From positions 480,001 through 544,000 of the forward strand of contig CAVZLN010000006.1 of the NCBI GenBank assembly GCA_963776245.1: DNA of 64,000 bases, read 5' to 3'. The notes under the pieces are model-generated. The model was not told where the DNA came from. It was given only the letters and a program-made list of their open reading frames with translations, and ran no database searches. This document shows, in pieces, positions 1 through 9,446 of this stretch. A program made the position numbers and the translations under genes. Position 1 is the first letter of the stretch. Each line of letters begins with the position of its first letter. This stretch comes from Candidatus Eiseniibacteriota bacterium. Its GTDB lineage: Bacteria > Eisenbacteria > RBG-16-71-46.

Positions 1-1
1 G

Positions 2-1084
2 GTGGTGTACACCGGCGCGCCGCTGGCGCAGCAGGAGCGCCTGCTGCGTGAGCAGGGGGTCGACCTGCTGGTCGCCACCCCGGGACGCCTGCTCGAGTTG
101 CAGGCCCGCGACTGCCTCAATTTCGCCGACGTGGAGCTGCTGGTGCTCGACGAGGCGGACAAGATGGTCCAGCTCGGGCTCGGCCCCGACGTGCGCAAGC
201 TGCTCAAGCTCCTCCCCGAGACGCGCCAGACGGTCATGTTCACGCTCAACATGCCGCCCGAGCTCAACCGTCTCGCCAAGGAGGCGCTGATCGAGCCGCT
301 GCGCGTGGACGTGGGCGTCGCCGCCAAGCCCTCGGCCGGGATCCTGCAGGCGGTCTACCCGGTGCCGCGCGAGCTCAAGCCCGACCTGCTCGACGAGATC
401 CTGTCGCAGATGGAAGTGCGCAGCACGACGGTGTTCACCCGCTCGCGCACCTCCGGCGAACGCATCGGGCGGCACCTGCAGAAGCGCGGGTACGCGCTGG
501 CGCTGCTCGACGAGCATCCGAGCCAGGACCAGCGCGAGGCCGCGCTCGAGGACCTCAAGCGCGGGCGCAGCCAGATCCTGGTGGCGAGCCACGCCGCGGC
601 GCGCAGCCTCGACGTGGCGGGTGTGGCGCACGTGGTGAACTTCGAGGTCCCCCAGACGCCCGAGGACTACGTCCACCGCATCGGGCGCCAGGGCCGGGCC
701 GATGCCGTGGGCGCCGCGTCCACGCTCATGAGCCCGGACGAACAGAAGGACGTCGAGGCCATCGAGCGCTTCCTCGGTCGTGCGATCGCGCGCGTGACGC
801 TGCCCGATTTCGACTACGGCATGACGCCGAGCGAGGGTCGCAAGGCGGCGGTGGACACCGCCCCGGCCGGTGCGGCCGGCGTGGTGGCCGCGGCCCAGCG
901 CATCGCCGCCCTCAAGCCGGGATCGGCGGCCAAGCCGATGGCCGTTCGGGTCTCGTCGCCGCCCGCGAAGGCGGCCCTGCGCTCCGCCGCTTCGGCGAGG
1001 ACCTCGCCGCGGCCCGCCGCGACCGCGAAGAAGTCGCCGGCCGCGAAGAAGCCATCCCCCCGACGGGCGGCCCGGAAGCGCTAG
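2..1084 (+). CDS. DEAD-box RNA helicase (RhlE-like), 5'-truncated by window edge, several motifs degenerate
   Basis: TPGRLL, LVLDEADKM, QxxR, YVHRIGRQGRA; basic low-complexity C-terminal tail. Confidence 0.9.
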   Translation: MVYTGAPLAQQERLLREQGVDLLVATPGRLLELQARDCLNFADVELLVLDEADKMVQLGLGPDVRKLLKLLPETRQTVMFTLNMPPELNRLAKEALIEPLRVDVGVAAKPSAGILQAVYPVPRELKPDLLDEILSQMEVRSTTVFTRSRTSGERIGRHLQKRGYALALLDEHPSQDQREAALEDLKRGRSQILVASHAAARSLDVAGVAHVVNFEVPQTPEDYVHRIGRQGRADAVGAASTLMSPDEQKDVEAIERFLGRAIARVTLPDFDYGMTPSEGRKAAVDTAPAGAAGVVAAAQRIAALKPGSAAKPMAVRVSSPPAKAALRSAASARTSPRPAATAKKSPAAKKPSPRRAARKR

Positions 1085-1120
1085 CTCACGGCCGGGCGAG
1101 ATGCCCCGCCCCGCTCCGCC

Positions 1121-2320
1121 TCAGGCTCCCTCGACCGCCTCGCGCACCGCTTCCTCCAGCCAGCGGAAGCCCCGCTCCGCGGCGGTGGGATCCGCGGCCG
1201 AGGCCTGCACCATCTCCGGCGCCCCGCCGCCCTTGCCGCCGGTGCGCTCGAGCAGCGCCGGCACCAGCGCCCTGAGGTCGCCGTGCGCGCCCTTCGCCCG
1301 GCCGGCCACCACGCACGGCTCCGGAGCGGCGGCGCCGGCCACCACCCACCGGGCCCCGGCTTCGAGGCACTTGAGAGCGAACAGGCGCACATCCTCGCGC
1401 CTGCGGACCGCCGCGTAGTCCGCGACCGCGCGCGGCGGCACCCCCACGCGCGCGCGCGCCTCCATCGCCACCCGTTCGGCGTTGAGCGCACCGAGGCGCT
1501 GCTGGAGATCGTCGCGCTCCCCAGCCGCGCGCTCGAGGTGCGCGATCACCTCGCGATCGCCCATGGTGCGCCGCTTCGCCGCCTCGACCATGGACTCGGT
1601 CCGCCAGCCGTGGTCGCGGAGCGCCCGGGCCCCGCACAGGAACTCGAAGCGCACGTTGCCGCGCACCTTCTCCCACCGCACGATCTTGATCGCGCCCACC
1701 TCGCCGGTCCGCCGGGTGTGGGTGCCGCCGCACGCCGACACGTCCCAATCGGGGATCTCGACGATGCGGATGCGGCCGGTGACCGCCGTCGCCTTGCGCA
1801 GCGCGAAGCGCTTCACGGTCTCGTCGTCGGCCCAGTGGCGCACCACCTCGAGATCGTTCCACACGATCCGATTGGCGGCCTGCTCGGCGCGCTCTGCATC
1901 GCGCCACGACGCGTCGGCGAGCGGCACCTCGATGGTGCTGCGCTCGGCGCCGAGGTGCGACGAGAGCGTGGGGGCGCCCAGCACCCGCTCGAGCGCCGCC
2001 GAGAGGATGTGCTGGCCGGTGTGCTGTTGCATGTGGTCGAACCGCCGCCCCCAGTCCACTTCGCCCTCGAGCTCGCCAGTGGGCAGCGGGGCGTCATCGC
2101 CGAGCACGTGCCAGACGCGGCCCTCGTCGCCGACCTGCACGTCCACCACCGCGCGTCCTCCGAGGGTGCCGCGGTCGGCCTCCTGCCCCCCGCTCTCGGG
2201 GTAGAAATAGGTGGACTCCAGTTCCACCGCGGGGCGTCCGCGATGCGCGCCGGCGCCGATGATCCTGGCGCGGAAGCGCGTGGTGTAGGCGTCGTCGTGA
2301 TCGAGCCGCTCGGTCGGCAT
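1121..2320 (-). CDS. AlaX-like alanyl-tRNA editing protein with C-terminal DHHA1-like region
   Basis: FYPESGGQEADRG, HMQQHTGQH (HxxxH), ACGGTH (CxxxH), GGKGGG; ATG at 2320 overlaps upstream stop (TGATG). Confidence 0.88.
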   Translation of the reverse strand: MPTERLDHDDAYTTRFRARIIGAGAHRGRPAVELESTYFYPESGGQEADRGTLGGRAVVDVQVGDEGRVWHVLGDDAPLPTGELEGEVDWGRRFDHMQQHTGQHILSAALERVLGAPTLSSHLGAERSTIEVPLADASWRDAERAEQAANRIVWNDLEVVRHWADDETVKRFALRKATAVTGRIRIVEIPDWDVSACGGTHTRRTGEVGAIKIVRWEKVRGNVRFEFLCGARALRDHGWRTESMVEAAKRRTMGDREVIAHLERAAGERDDLQQRLGALNAERVAMEARARVGVPPRAVADYAAVRRREDVRLFALKCLEAGARWVVAGAAAPEPCVVAGRAKGAHGDLRALVPALLERTGGKGGGAPEMVQASAADPTAAERGFRWLEEAVREAVEGA

Positions 2321-3384
2321 CAGCGCTCCTCCATGTCCTCGCGGCGGATGCCGTACTCGCGCAGCTTCCGCCACAGGGTGGTGCGCGAGATGCCCAGCGT
2401 GCTCGCGGCCGCGGTGGCGTTGCCACGATGGCGCGCGAGCACCAGGCGGATGTGATCCCGCTCGATCTCGGCGAGCGTCCAGGCCTCGCGCGGCTTTGGC
2501 GCGGGCGCCGGCGCGACGGCGCCCGGCGCGCGCAGGCTCTCCTCGGGCAGCAGTCGCGCGGCGCGGAAGACCGCGGGGAGGTCATCGGCCAGCAGCAGCG
2601 GGCCATCGGACACGGCGACCGCGTGCTCGACCGCGTTCTCGAGCTCGCGCACGTTGCCGGGGTAGTCGTAGCGTTCGAGCAGCTCGGCCGCCTCGGGCGT
2701 GAACGAGCGTCCGGGACGCCCCCAGCGCTTCATGGTGCGCTCGAGGAAATAGGCCGCCAGCAGACCGATGTCCTCGCGCCGCTCGCGCAGCGGGGGCAGG
2801 TCGATCTGCACCACGTTCAGGCGGTAGTAGAGGTCCTCGCGGAACCTTCCCGCCGTCGCTTCGACCTTGAGGTCGCGGTGCGTGGCGGCGATGACGCGCA
2901 CGTCCACCACGCGCGTGGCATTCTCGCCCACGCGCCGCACCTCGTTGTTCTCGAGGGTGCGCAGCAGCTTCACCTGGGTGGCGAGGGGCATATCGCCGAT
3001 CTCGTCGAGGAACAGGGTGCCACCATCCGCCTCCTCGATGAGTCCCGTGCGGTCGGCGACCGCTCCGGTGTAAGCGCCGCGCACCGCGCCGAAGAGTTCG
3101 CTCTCGACCAGTCCCTCGGGCAGCGCGCCCACGTTCACGGCGACGAACGCGCCCTGCGCCCGGCGGGACTGAAGGTGGATGGAGCGCGCCACCAGTTCCT
3201 TTCCCGTCCCGCTCTCCCCGACCAGCAGCACGGTGCTGTCGGTGGGCGCCACCCTCGAGACCAGGCGGAAGATGCGTTGCATGCGCGGGCTCGCACCGAC
3301 GATGTCGGCGGAGACCGTGCCCGGGGCCGGCCCCGGGGAGCGGAGTCCGGACAGGTCGCGGCGTGAACGGTCGGCGGGATTCAT
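2320..3384 (-). CDS. sigma54-dependent transcriptional activator (AAA+ and Fis-type HTH, no N-terminal sensor domain)
   Basis: [58 protein letters not shown]; start taken at ATG 3384. Confidence 0.93.
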   Translation of the reverse strand: MNPADRSRRDLSGLRSPGPAPGTVSADIVGASPRMQRIFRLVSRVAPTDSTVLLVGESGTGKELVARSIHLQSRRAQGAFVAVNVGALPEGLVESELFGAVRGAYTGAVADRTGLIEEADGGTLFLDEIGDMPLATQVKLLRTLENNEVRRVGENATRVVDVRVIAATHRDLKVEATAGRFREDLYYRLNVVQIDLPPLRERREDIGLLAAYFLERTMKRWGRPGRSFTPEAAELLERYDYPGNVRELENAVEHAVAVSDGPLLLADDLPAVFRAARLLPEESLRAPGAVAPAPAPKPREAWTLAEIERDHIRLVLARHRGNATAAASTLGISRTTLWRKLREYGIRREDMEER

Positions 3385-3429
3385 GCGTGGTCGATCGCTC
3401 CACTGCCCTACATAGATGAAGGAGTCGCC

Positions 3430-3446
3430 TGTTTCAAGATGGCACA
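3430..3446. promoter_or_regulatory. Candidate Fis-HTH/bEBP-type operator TGTTTCA-AGA-TGGCACA upstream of the activator gene
   Basis: TGTnnCA-N3-TGnnACA dyad overlapping a minus-strand TTGAAA -35-like hexamer. Confidence 0.4.
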
Positions 3447-3586
3447 CAGGTCGTCCCCGGGCAAGACTGGCGCGGGGGCCGCGGCCTCGCGGTGCGCCGT
3501 CCATCGGGGGGGGCGGCGGCGTTCGGGGGGGCCGGCCGGGGAGCCGCAGCGGCGGGTCGTGCCCATCGGGCTTCCCCGGGATCGCA

Positions 3587-4438
3587 CTAGTGGTCGGGAG
3601 GGCTTTCCCCGGAGACCGGCGCGGCGGACTCCACCAGCGCCAGATGTGGAGCGCTCCGCGGCTGGGGCGGCCACGTGGGATCCGCGGTCTCGATCCGGCC
3701 GCGCTCGAGCAGGGGCTCCTCCACCTCGACCAGACGGAGGTAGAAGAAGGTCCAGCCGTACTGGATCACCGGGGTGATCATCGCGACCAGCAGCCACATG
3801 ATGGCCACCCACGCGATCATCGAGGGACCCGGCACGAACACCGAGAGCGCGGCCACCACGAACGTGATGGCGAGGATCATCAGCGCCGAGGCGACGATGA
3901 GCTCCAGCCAGCGCTCGAAGCGCCGCAGCGTGATATGGAACGATCGATGGAAGGACGCCGACAGATCCCGCTCGGAAAGCACCACCGCCTCGGTGGCGAA
4001 CGACAGGCGGAAGCCCAGATAGACCGCTGGGATCACCAGGAACAGTGCGGCCAGGCCGATCGCGAGGTTGCGCACCACCTCGGTCGCGAACAGCCAGGGG
4101 ATGCGCCGCAATCCCTGCGCGTAGCATTCCCACGCGGGTGCCGGATCCTGCTCGTGCGGGGTGTTGAACACCGAGCGCGCGCGGAAGCGCAGCATGCCGG
4201 TGACGAGCAGGAACAGGAGGAAGTCGCCCAGCATGGCGACGCTCGAGACCAGCAGCACCAGCCCCGGGTGCTCGGACTCCGACGGCACGGGCAGGATGGC
4301 GAGCGCCAGGATCCACGGCGCGCGCAGCAGGAGGGGCACCACCACCGAATGCAGCGGATCGCGCCGCACGGCCAGGTCGAAGGCCAGCGCGAACGCGTGA
4401 CGGGTCGAGACGGGAAGACGGCGGGCTCGGTCGTGCAT
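3587..4438 (-). CDS. Hypothetical multi-pass membrane protein
   Basis: About six hydrophobic segments; coding-like GC3; divergent from moaC. Confidence 0.75.
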   Translation of the reverse strand: MHDRARRLPVSTRHAFALAFDLAVRRDPLHSVVVPLLLRAPWILALAILPVPSESEHPGLVLLVSSVAMLGDFLLFLLVTGMLRFRARSVFNTPHEQDPAPAWECYAQGLRRIPWLFATEVVRNLAIGLAALFLVIPAVYLGFRLSFATEAVVLSERDLSASFHRSFHITLRRFERWLELIVASALMILAITFVVAALSVFVPGPSMIAWVAIMWLLVAMITPVIQYGWTFFYLRLVEVEEPLLERGRIETADPTWPPQPRSAPHLALVESAAPVSGESPPDH

Positions 4439-4468
4439 GGGTGAGCCTCGCACCGGGTGCGAGGCCGA

Positions 4469-4500
4469 TTGACACTAGGAATGCCGCTTCCTAATGTCAA
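4469..4500. promoter_or_regulatory. Palindromic bidirectional sigma70-type promoter
   Basis: TTGACACTAGGAA-TGCCGC-TTCCTAATGTCAA gives TTGACA-N17-TAATGT on + and TTGACA-N17-TAGTGT on -. Confidence 0.7.
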
Positions 4501-4506
4501 GCCTCG

Positions 4507-4986
4507 ATGCCAAAGAAGCTCTCCCATCTGGACGCGAAGGGACGCGTGCGCATGGTCGACGTGGGCGACAAGCGCGTCACCCGGCGCGTCGCGATCGCCC
4601 GCGGCCGCGTGTACATGCACCGCGACACCCTGGCGCTCCTGCGCGACGGCCGCACGCCGAAGGGCGACGTGCTCGCCATCGCGCACGTGGCCGGCGTGAT
4701 GGGGGCCAAGCGCGCCGCCGACCTGATCCCGCTCGCCCACCCGATCCCGGTGGAGAGCGTGCGGCTCTCGTTCTCTCTCGACGAGGAGGCCTCGGCCGTC
4801 GGCATCGAGGCCCAGGTCGCGACCCGCGCGAGGACCGGCGTGGAGATGGAGGCGCTCACGGCGGTCACGGTGGCCGCGCTCACCCTGTACGACATGCTCA
4901 AGGCGGTGGACCGCGGCATGGTCATGGGCGAGTTCGCGCTGTGGGAGAAGCGCGGAGGCCGCAGCGGTGCCTGGTCGCGATCCTGA
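4507..4986 (+). CDS. moaC: Cyclic pyranopterin monophosphate synthase MoaC
   Basis: LSHLD..RMVDV, KGDVL, LIPLAHP, TGVEMEALT, LYDMLKAVD, KRGGRSG. Confidence 0.97.
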   Translation: MPKKLSHLDAKGRVRMVDVGDKRVTRRVAIARGRVYMHRDTLALLRDGRTPKGDVLAIAHVAGVMGAKRAADLIPLAHPIPVESVRLSFSLDEEASAVGIEAQVATRARTGVEMEALTAVTVAALTLYDMLKAVDRGMVMGEFALWEKRGGRSGAWSRS

Positions 4987-6241
4987 GGCGCGCGTCCTGA
5001 CGTTCGCCGAGGCGCGCGCGCGGGTGCTCGCGGCGGTTCGTCCGCTCGGCGTCGAGACCGTGCCGCTGGCCGCCGCGCGCGGTCGTGCGCTGGCACGCGA
5101 CGTGTCCGCCCCGCACGATCTGCCGCGGTTCGCGAACAGCTCGATGGACGGGTACGCGCTGCGCGCGGCCGACCTCGCCGGCGCCTCCCCCGCGGCGCCC
5201 GTGACCCTGCCCGTGGTCGAAGTGCTGCCGGCCGGCGGCGTGGCCTCGCGCGCGCTCACGGCCGGCGAGGCGATGCGCATCATGACCGGCGCCGCACTGC
5301 CGCCGGGCGCAGACGCGGTGCTGGCCTTCGAGGACTGCGAGCGGCTCGCGTCCCCCGAGCGCGTGCGCGTCACGCGCCCCGTGCGCCCGGCGGAGAACGT
5401 GCGCGCCGCCGGGATGGACGTGCGGGCGCGCACCACCGCGCTGACGGCCGGGCGCGATCTGTCGGCGCACGACCTCGCGCTCGCCGGCGCGCTCGGCCTC
5501 GGACAGATCGAGGTGGGCCGCCGTCCGCGCGTGGCGATCGTGTCCACCGGCGACGAGCTGCTCGATCCCGGCGAGGCCCTGCGGCCGGGCACGATCCACG
5601 ACAGCAACCGCCCGATGCTCGCGATGTTGTGCGAGGAGTGCGGCTGCGAAGTGGTGCACTCCCGCCGCGCCGGCGACCGTCCGGAGGAGGTCGCGCGCGC
5701 GCTGAATCTCGCGCTCGCGGCGGCCGACGTCGTGCTCTCCATCGGTGGGGTGTCGGCCGGCGATTTCGATCCGGTGAAACGGTGCCTCGCCGCGCTCGGC
5801 GACGTGGAGCTATGGCGCGTGGCGATGAAGCCCGGCCGCCCGCAGGCCTTCGGCACCCCCGGAGGCAAGCTGTTCTTCGGACTGCCCGGCAATCCCGCGT
5901 CCGTGGCGTGCGTGTTCGAGGCGCTCGCGCGCCCGGCGCTGCGCGCGCTCCAGGGGTTCGAGGTGCTCGACCGTCCCCGACTGGAGGTGCGCGCGGCGAG
6001 GGCGGTCGAGTCGCGCGCCGGCCGCACCGACTTCGTGCGCGTGACCCTCGAATGGCGCGAAGGCGCGTGGTGGGCGGCACCGGCGGGAGAGCAGGTGTCG
6101 GGCCACCTCACGCCCCAATCGCGGGCTCACGCGCTGCTGGTGGTGCCGGAACCGCTCGCGTCCCTCGCGGTGGGCGAGACGGCCGAGACGCTGCTCCTGA
6201 GGTGGCCGGAGACCCGGGTCAGCCGCACGCCATCCGGCTGA
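4967..6241 (+). CDS. moeA: Molybdopterin molybdotransferase MoeA
   Basis: NSSMDGYA, RIMTGA, STGDEL, GGVSAGDFD, MKPGRP, GLPGNPAS; exact start uncertain. Confidence 0.95.
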   Translation: MPGRDPEARVLTFAEARARVLAAVRPLGVETVPLAAARGRALARDVSAPHDLPRFANSSMDGYALRAADLAGASPAAPVTLPVVEVLPAGGVASRALTAGEAMRIMTGAALPPGADAVLAFEDCERLASPERVRVTRPVRPAENVRAAGMDVRARTTALTAGRDLSAHDLALAGALGLGQIEVGRRPRVAIVSTGDELLDPGEALRPGTIHDSNRPMLAMLCEECGCEVVHSRRAGDRPEEVARALNLALAAADVVLSIGGVSAGDFDPVKRCLAALGDVELWRVAMKPGRPQAFGTPGGKLFFGLPGNPASVACVFEALARPALRALQGFEVLDRPRLEVRAARAVESRAGRTDFVRVTLEWREGAWWAAPAGEQVSGHLTPQSRAHALLVVPEPLASLAVGETAETLLLRWPETRVSRTPSG

Positions 6242-6274
6242 GCCGCGCGAAATCCCGGATGATTTTGCGCCCGC

Positions 6275-6305
6275 TTGACGACGCTTCGGTGTCCAACCCT
6301 AGAAT
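6275..6305 (+). promoter_or_regulatory. Putative sigma70 promoter of the moxR-bat operon
   Basis: TTGACG-N19-TAGAAT; spacer longer than usual. Confidence 0.5.
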
Positions 6306-6510
6306 GGCCCACTCCCGCTGAATCCCACGAGCCCCACTCGGCGCCTGTTCCGCCGGTTGTCGCTTCGCGTGCTCCGCGGGTTTTCTGTGTCCGGCCCGGC
6401 CCGTCATCGCGCGCGGGCGGACCGGGCGAAGGGTCGGTCGGACGGCAAGCACCCCGCCCTCGAGGGGCGATCGCCGGGCGCGGGGACGGTTCGGTGTCAG
6501 CGGAGGAGAC

Positions 6511-7509
6511 ATGGAGATCCAGACGGACGATATCAAGACGATCAACGAGCGGATCGAGCGCGAGAGCGTCCTCGTCCAGACGATCACGAACGAGGTGTCC
6601 AGGGCGATCGTCGGGCAGCAGTACCTGATGAGTCGACTGATGGTCGGGCTGCTGGCCAACGGCCACGTCCTGATCGAAGGCGTGCCCGGGCTGGCCAAGA
6701 CCTACGCGGTCCGGACCCTGGCGGCGGCGATCAAGACCCGCTACCAGCGGATCCAGTTCACCCCCGATCTGCTCCCCGCCGACATCATCGGCACCATGAT
6801 CTACAACCAGAAGACCGGCGAGTTCATCATCAGCAAGGGGCCGATCTTCGCGAACCTGATCCTCGCCGACGAGATCAACCGGACGCCGCCCAAGGTCCAG
6901 AGCGCGCTGCTCGAGGCCATGCAGGAACGGCAGGTGACGATCGGCGAGCACACGTTCAAGCTGGAGGATCCGTTCCTCGTGCTCGCAACGCAGAACCCGA
7001 TCGAGCAGGAAGGGACCTATCCCCTGCCCGAGGCCCAGCTCGACCGCTTCCTGCTCAAGATCAGGATCTCCTACCCCACGCGGGACGAAGAGCGCGAGAT
7101 CGTGGAGCGGATCGCCGGCACCGGCGAGCCGAGGATCTCGCCGGTGGTGGACCCGGCCGACATCCTGCGGGCGCGCGAACTGTGCAAGTCGGTCTACATC
7201 GACCCGAAGCTCAAGGACTACATCCTCGACCTGGTGTTCGCCACGCGCGAGCCCGAGAAGTTCGACCTTCCGGAACTGAAGCCGCTGATCCGCTTCGGCG
7301 CTTCGCCCCGGGCGTCGATCAATCTGACCACCACCGTGCGGGCCATGGCCTTCCTCAAGCGCCGCGGCTTCGCCATCCCGGAGGACGTCAAGGAGCTCGC
7401 CGCCGACGTGCTGCGGCACCGCATCATCCTCTCGTACGAGGCGGAGGCCGAGGAGATGACCACGGACGACGTCATCCAGAAGATCCTGGCTGCCGTCGAG
7501 GTGCCCTGA
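6511..7509 (+). CDS. moxR: MoxR family AAA+ ATPase
   Basis: GHVLIEGVPGLAKT, RIQFTPDLLPAD, LADEINR, ATQNPIEQEGTYPLPEAQLDRF; GGAGGAG RBS. Confidence 0.96.
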   Translation: MEIQTDDIKTINERIERESVLVQTITNEVSRAIVGQQYLMSRLMVGLLANGHVLIEGVPGLAKTYAVRTLAAAIKTRYQRIQFTPDLLPADIIGTMIYNQKTGEFIISKGPIFANLILADEINRTPPKVQSALLEAMQERQVTIGEHTFKLEDPFLVLATQNPIEQEGTYPLPEAQLDRFLLKIRISYPTRDEEREIVERIAGTGEPRISPVVDPADILRARELCKSVYIDPKLKDYILDLVFATREPEKFDLPELKPLIRFGASPRASINLTTTVRAMAFLKRRGFAIPEDVKELAADVLRHRIILSYEAEAEEMTTDDVIQKILAAVEVP

Positions 7510-7585
7510 TGCGGCGCGGGGAACGCCTCGACGCCCTTCACCCGGCCCGCGTGAAGTCGTCGGGCCCTCCCACCGGTCGGACCGT

Positions 7586-8479
7586 ATGCTCTCGCTCGAG
7601 TTCCTGAAGAAGCTCCGGCAGATCGAGCTCCGGACCCGCAAGATCATCAACACGACCTTCGTGGGTGAGTACCGGTCCACCTTCAAGGGCACCGGCATGG
7701 AATTCATCGACGTCCGCGAGTACCTGCCCGGCGACGACATCCGGTCGATCGACTGGAAGGTGACCGCCCGCATGGGCCGGCCCTACGTCAAGAAGTTCAT
7801 CGAGGAGCGCGAACTGACGGTGATCCTGTGCGTGGACGCCTCCGGCTCGGGCTATTTCGGGACCCGTTCGCAGTTCAAGCTGGAGCAGTCCGCTCAGGTC
7901 GCGGCCACGCTCGCGTTCTCCGCGGTCTCGAACAACGACAAGGTCGGGTTGCTGTTCTTCACCGATCGGGTGGAGCGTTTCATCCCGCCGCGCAAGGGCC
8001 GCCAGCACGTCATGCGGCTGGTCCGCGACATCCTGCTGTTCCAGCCGAAGCGCCGGGGCACCGATCCGGTCGCGGCGCTCGAGTACGTGATGCGCATCCT
8101 CAAGCATCGGGCGATCGTCTTCCTGGTGAGCGATTTCATGGGGCCGGGCTTCTCCCCCGACACGGTGCGCATCCCGCTCGGCATCGCGGCCCGCCGGCAC
8201 GATCTGGTGGCGATCCCGATCACCGACCCGGCGGAGTGGGAGCTGCCGCGGGTCGGCCTCATGGACCTCGAGGACATGGAGAGCGGGGAGATCGTCACCG
8301 TGGACACCGCGGACGCGCGCCTGCGCCGGAGCTATCAGGAGCACATGCAGGCCATGCTCTCGCGACGCGACCGGCTCCTCCGGCAGCTCGGCATCGACAG
8401 CATCGGCCTGCACACGCACGAGGACTTCACCCCGAAGCTGCACAAGTTCTTCCAGCTTCGCGCCCGGCGATTCCACTAG
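7586..8479 (+). CDS. DUF58 domain protein (MoxR-associated)
   Basis: GEYRSTFKGTGMEF, VREYLPGDDIRSIDWKVTAR, EERE, DASGS, FLVSDF. Confidence 0.93.
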   Translation: MLSLEFLKKLRQIELRTRKIINTTFVGEYRSTFKGTGMEFIDVREYLPGDDIRSIDWKVTARMGRPYVKKFIEERELTVILCVDASGSGYFGTRSQFKLEQSAQVAATLAFSAVSNNDKVGLLFFTDRVERFIPPRKGRQHVMRLVRDILLFQPKRRGTDPVAALEYVMRILKHRAIVFLVSDFMGPGFSPDTVRIPLGIAARRHDLVAIPITDPAEWELPRVGLMDLEDMESGEIVTVDTADARLRRSYQEHMQAMLSRRDRLLRQLGIDSIGLHTHEDFTPKLHKFFQLRARRFH

Positions 8480-8508
8480 AGACGATCCGACTCACACTCC
8501 CCAGGCCC

Positions 8509-9444
8509 ATGACCTTCGCGACCTTCCTGCTGGCGCTCCTGCTGACCGCCCCCGATCCGGGGCAGCCCTCGATCGTCACCCGCGTGACGCGCCCCGCGCG
8601 GCTGACGGTCGGGGACCGGTTCGACGTGACGCTGGTGGTGACCGCGCCCGCGCGGAGCCTGGTGACGGGCCCGCTGGCCGACTCGATGGGCGTGTTCGAG
8701 GTCGCCGGCGAGAAGCGGAAGTCCGCCCAGCGCTCCGGCACCACCGAGACCACGTACCGGCTGAGCGTGGCGGGCTTCAAGCCCGGTGCGCACCGTCTGC
8801 CGACGTTCGCGTTCCTGGTCCTCGCGGGCGCCAGGACGGACACGCTCACCAGCGACTCCGCCACGGTGACGATCGCCAGCCTGCTGCCGGAGAAGATGAA
8901 GGACATCAACGGCCTCAAGCCGGCGGAGACGTTCCCCAACCTCTGGCTCTGGATCATCCCCGGCATCGTGGCGCTCCTCGCCGCCCTGGTGGTGCTGGGC
9001 CGCCGGCTGTACCGGAGACTCCGGCGGATCCGGGACCTGGCGCAGGCGCCGCTGCCGCCATGGGAGGAGGCGCTGGCCGCCCTCGACGCGCTGCCGTGGC
9101 GTGAGTGGCTGGAGGCCGGCCAGGTCCGGCGCTACTACTACGCGCTCTCCGAGGTGCTCAAGCGCTACATCGAGCGGCGGTTCGAGTTCCACGCGGTGGA
9201 GCAGACCACCACCGAGATGCTGGCCAGCATGCGGGCGCACAAGACACCCATGCGCGACGACATCGGGAGGTTCTTCACCCGCTCCGACCTCGTGAAGTAT
9301 GCCAAGCGGGTGCCGCCCGACGACGAGGCGCGATCGGCGATCGGCCAGGTGCGCGAGTTCGTGATGAAGACCCGTCCGGCGGAACCGGCCCCCGTGACGG
9401 CACCCGGCGGCCCGCCCACCGGCGGGTCCGGGGAGGGCGCCTGA
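8509..9444 (+). CDS. Bat-operon membrane-anchored protein (Ig-like N-terminus, TM, DUF4381-like C-terminus)
   Basis: Signal peptide, one TM helix, YYYALSEVLKRYIE..EQTTTE..DLVKYAK; canonical position between DUF58 and batA. Confidence 0.8.
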   Translation: MTFATFLLALLLTAPDPGQPSIVTRVTRPARLTVGDRFDVTLVVTAPARSLVTGPLADSMGVFEVAGEKRKSAQRSGTTETTYRLSVAGFKPGAHRLPTFAFLVLAGARTDTLTSDSATVTIASLLPEKMKDINGLKPAETFPNLWLWIIPGIVALLAALVVLGRRLYRRLRRIRDLAQAPLPPWEEALAALDALPWREWLEAGQVRRYYYALSEVLKRYIERRFEFHAVEQTTTEMLASMRAHKTPMRDDIGRFFTRSDLVKYAKRVPPDDEARSAIGQVREFVMKTRPAEPAPVTAPGGPPTGGSGEGA

Positions 9445-9446
9445 CC

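Noticed and set aside
3440..3454. sigma54 promoter at TGGCACACAGGTCGT
   Set aside because: The -12 TTGC is absent and there is no plus-strand gene downstream.
6315..6500. c-di-AMP (ydaO) riboswitch suggested by CGCTGAATCC
   Set aside because: Downstream GGGGGA.CC, GGGGTGAAT and GTCAGCTAAC elements are not present.
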